A DNA stretch of 17,139 nt from an uncultured bacterium (GTDB lineage: Bacteria > Hydrothermota > UBA3073 > NMUJ01), in assembly GCA_965612795.1 (NCBI GenBank), contig CBFDTI010000026.1:1-17139 (forward strand). Direction: 5' to 3'. The notes beneath the pieces were generated by a model, which saw only the letters and a program-made list of their open reading frames with translations, did not search any database and was not told where the DNA came from. Below are positions 15,497-17,139 of this stretch, one piece after another. A program made the position numbers and the translations under genes. Positions within the stretch are counted from its first letter, which is position 1. Every line of letters starts with the position of its first letter.

Positions 15497-15518
15497 GTGA
15501 TCATGGTGTGATTATGGT
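15497..15518. repeat. 11-bp tandem direct repeat GTGATCATGGT-GTGATTATGGT (candidate regulator site)
   Basis: Two adjacent 11-mers with one mismatch, between the divergent tRNA and plsY-fusion promoters. Confidence 0.5.
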
Positions 15519-15554
15519 CTTTTTACGCCTATTTAGGATTACTTCGCTAATGTT

Positions 15555-15581
15555 TTGACTACACCCAAGTTCGGATAAATT
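15555..15581 (+). promoter_or_regulatory. sigma70-like promoter TTGACT-N15-TAAATT for the PlsY-fusion gene
   Basis: TTGACT acacccaagttcgga TAAATT ttatacgc ATG; no SD. Confidence 0.65.
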
Positions 15582-15589
15582 TTATACGC

Positions 15590-16777
15590 ATGCTATGTGC
15601 TATCTCTATAGCTCTAGGTTATCTTATAGGTTCGATCCTACCCGCGTATTTCTTTGGTCGATTGTATAACCTTGACATCCGTCGTATAGGTATGCGGTAT
15701 GCTGGTACTGTTAATGTCTACCATACATTAGGTGTACTACCTGCTATACCAACTGCCATGTATGATCTACTCAAAGGGGTGTTAGCCATTTTCATCAGCC
15801 AGCGGTTGACCTCCAACTTTATCTGTGCACAACTTAGCGGGTTAGCTGCTATAGCTGGTCATGTGTTACCGTTTTACCTTGGGTTCCGTGGTGGCCAGGG
15901 TGTTGCCTGTGCTACTGGTATAATGTTGTACTATCTTGTGCATTACCTAACGGGTGGCGGATTATTCCCATATGAACTGGGTTTCTTATTCGCTATAGTT
16001 GCAATTTTTACCTACATCACACGGCAGGGTGAGCTTATCGGTATGATAGTTCTCCCACTACTCTGTTATACGCTATTTTTACATGCACCACATGACCCAC
16101 ATAATCCATTCCTCGTTGCTGTTGTCGCTTATATAATAGCTGTTGGGGTATACAACACTGTTAGGCGTGGGTTGGTGAAAATAACCGATGAAACCCTCAA
16201 ACGCCACTGGTGGCGTGTAGCTGCACGACCGGGTGCACTCACTTTTGTAGTAATCTATCTGCACCGTACGCAGCGGATGGCACTCCAGCTTATCGGTTAT
16301 GTAGCGGCATTCTTCATCCTACTCGATATTGTGCGGTTCATACATCGACGTACTAGCATGTTTTTAAGAGAACGTATTAAGTTGCTGTTTAAGCGTACTG
16401 AGTATCGTAAGTTTTCATCGATGACCGTCTTCCTTGTGGCAGGCTTTATTACACTGCTTGTATTTCCTAAGCCTATAGCTGTGGCTGCGTTCACTTACCT
16501 TATATTTGGTGATATCTTTGGTAAACTGTTTGGGCTTACGTTCGGGCGCCACAAAATAAGGGATAAAACCTTAGAAGGTACACTCGCATATTGGGGTGGT
16601 GCTCTCATCTGTGCATATGTACTTTATAATACGTTACATATATCACCTTTATTGCTGGGTATCGGTGCAACAAGTGCTGCGGTTACTGAATTACTATCAT
16701 TTAACGTTGATGACAACTTCACCGTCCCTATAGTAAGCGGTACACTTATGCGCGTAATAGATATGTTCGTCGGCTGA
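15590..16777 (+). CDS. Membrane protein: PlsY-like glycerol-3-phosphate acyltransferase domain fused to a SEC59/DGK1/VTE5-like CTP-dependent lipid kinase domain
   Basis: N-terminal half: GYLIGSI, DIR..G...GTVN, DLLKG, GHVLP..LGFRGGQGVA. C-terminal half: FGDIFGKLFG..FGRHK...KTLEGTLA, ELL, DDNFTVPI. Confidence 0.85.
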   Translation: MLCAISIALGYLIGSILPAYFFGRLYNLDIRRIGMRYAGTVNVYHTLGVLPAIPTAMYDLLKGVLAIFISQRLTSNFICAQLSGLAAIAGHVLPFYLGFRGGQGVACATGIMLYYLVHYLTGGGLFPYELGFLFAIVAIFTYITRQGELIGMIVLPLLCYTLFLHAPHDPHNPFLVAVVAYIIAVGVYNTVRRGLVKITDETLKRHWWRVAARPGALTFVVIYLHRTQRMALQLIGYVAAFFILLDIVRFIHRRTSMFLRERIKLLFKRTEYRKFSSMTVFLVAGFITLLVFPKPIAVAAFTYLIFGDIFGKLFGLTFGRHKIRDKTLEGTLAYWGGALICAYVLYNTLHISPLLLGIGATSAAVTELLSFNVDDNFTVPIVSGTLMRVIDMFVG

Positions 16778-16782
16778 TACTA

Positions 16783-17139
16783 TTATTCGGTTGTTTCTAA
16801 GTTTTGAAATTCTTCACGTGTATATATCCAGTAACGTGTGATACCAAGTTGCTCAAGGAATTTCTTGCCTTTTTCTTGACCTAACACGAATGCCGCAGTC
16901 GCTATCGCGTCCGCCCATACGCCGCTGGTATCGACAACTGTTACGCTAACGAGTTCCATGGCTGGCCACCCCGTCCTTGGATCCAGTATATGGTGATAAT
17001 ATTTTCCATCTTTGACAAAATAGCGTTCGTAATCACCTGATGTAGCCACATATGCATCAACGAGTGTGAATGTATCGATGATCTCATCCTGTTCACGTGG
17101 ATGCCGTATACCTATTTTCCAGCTACCGATTACACCTAT
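16783..17139 (-). CDS. apbE: FAD:protein FMN transferase ApbE, C-terminal part (runs off the window edge)
   Basis: The frame is open to the window end: WKIGIRHPR...VATSGDYERYF..DGKYYHHILDPRTGWP...SVTVV...ADAIATAAFVLG. Confidence 0.95.
   Translation of the reverse strand: MGVIGSWKIGIRHPREQDEIIDTFTLVDAYVATSGDYERYFVKDGKYYHHILDPRTGWPAMELVSVTVVDTSGVWADAIATAAFVLGQEKGKKFLEQLGITRYWIYTREEFQNLETTE

Noticed and set aside
15259..15558. 99-aa plus-strand ORF
   Set aside because: It is the antisense reading of three tRNAs and their promoter.
1190..16494. Numerous 60-156 aa ORFs antisense to recognised genes (e.g. 4963-5382, 5267-5737, 6630-6998, 7888-8274)
   Set aside because: Shadow ORFs opposite well-supported genes, with no recognisable motifs or initiation signals.
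1..17139. Visually frequent ACGT/CACGT words
   Set aside because: Where inspected they mostly coincide with Arg CGT codons and are not regularly spaced. A codon-controlled k-mer test would be needed to claim enrichment.

Overview
Gene-dense bacterial chromosomal window of mostly housekeeping and envelope genes. I saw no mobile element, CRISPR array or rRNA. A T9SS/FlgD-like C-terminal sorting domain and short hydrophobic N-termini suggest an FCB-related candidate lineage such as WOR-3 (inference). Gene order: partial YdcF/DUF218 (-), TIGR03960 radical SAM-DUF2344 fusion (-), a divergent region with a 37-codon uORF, polyprenyl synthase (+), purC, SagB/ThcOx nitroreductase, fabF, acpP, a CTD-bearing secreted protein, NamZ (DUF1343), sodium:solute symporter, TGS-fused nucleoside kinase, lipoprotein, mutL and a tRNA-Thr/Tyr/Gly cluster (all -), a PlsY/CTP-dependent lipid kinase fusion (+), and partial ApbE (-). 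The most striking signal is non-coding. Five strong and one weaker sigma70-like promoters share TTGAC(A/C/T)-N15-TAnnnT, a spacer 2 bp shorter than canonical. Several promoters point to leaderless starts, and Shine-Dalgarno motifs repeatedly sit only 4 nt from the start codon. Other leads are the degenerate PlsY-kinase fusion, mutL starting 5 nt after tRNA-Gly, a structured uORF leader, and a possible murein-sugar scavenging module.
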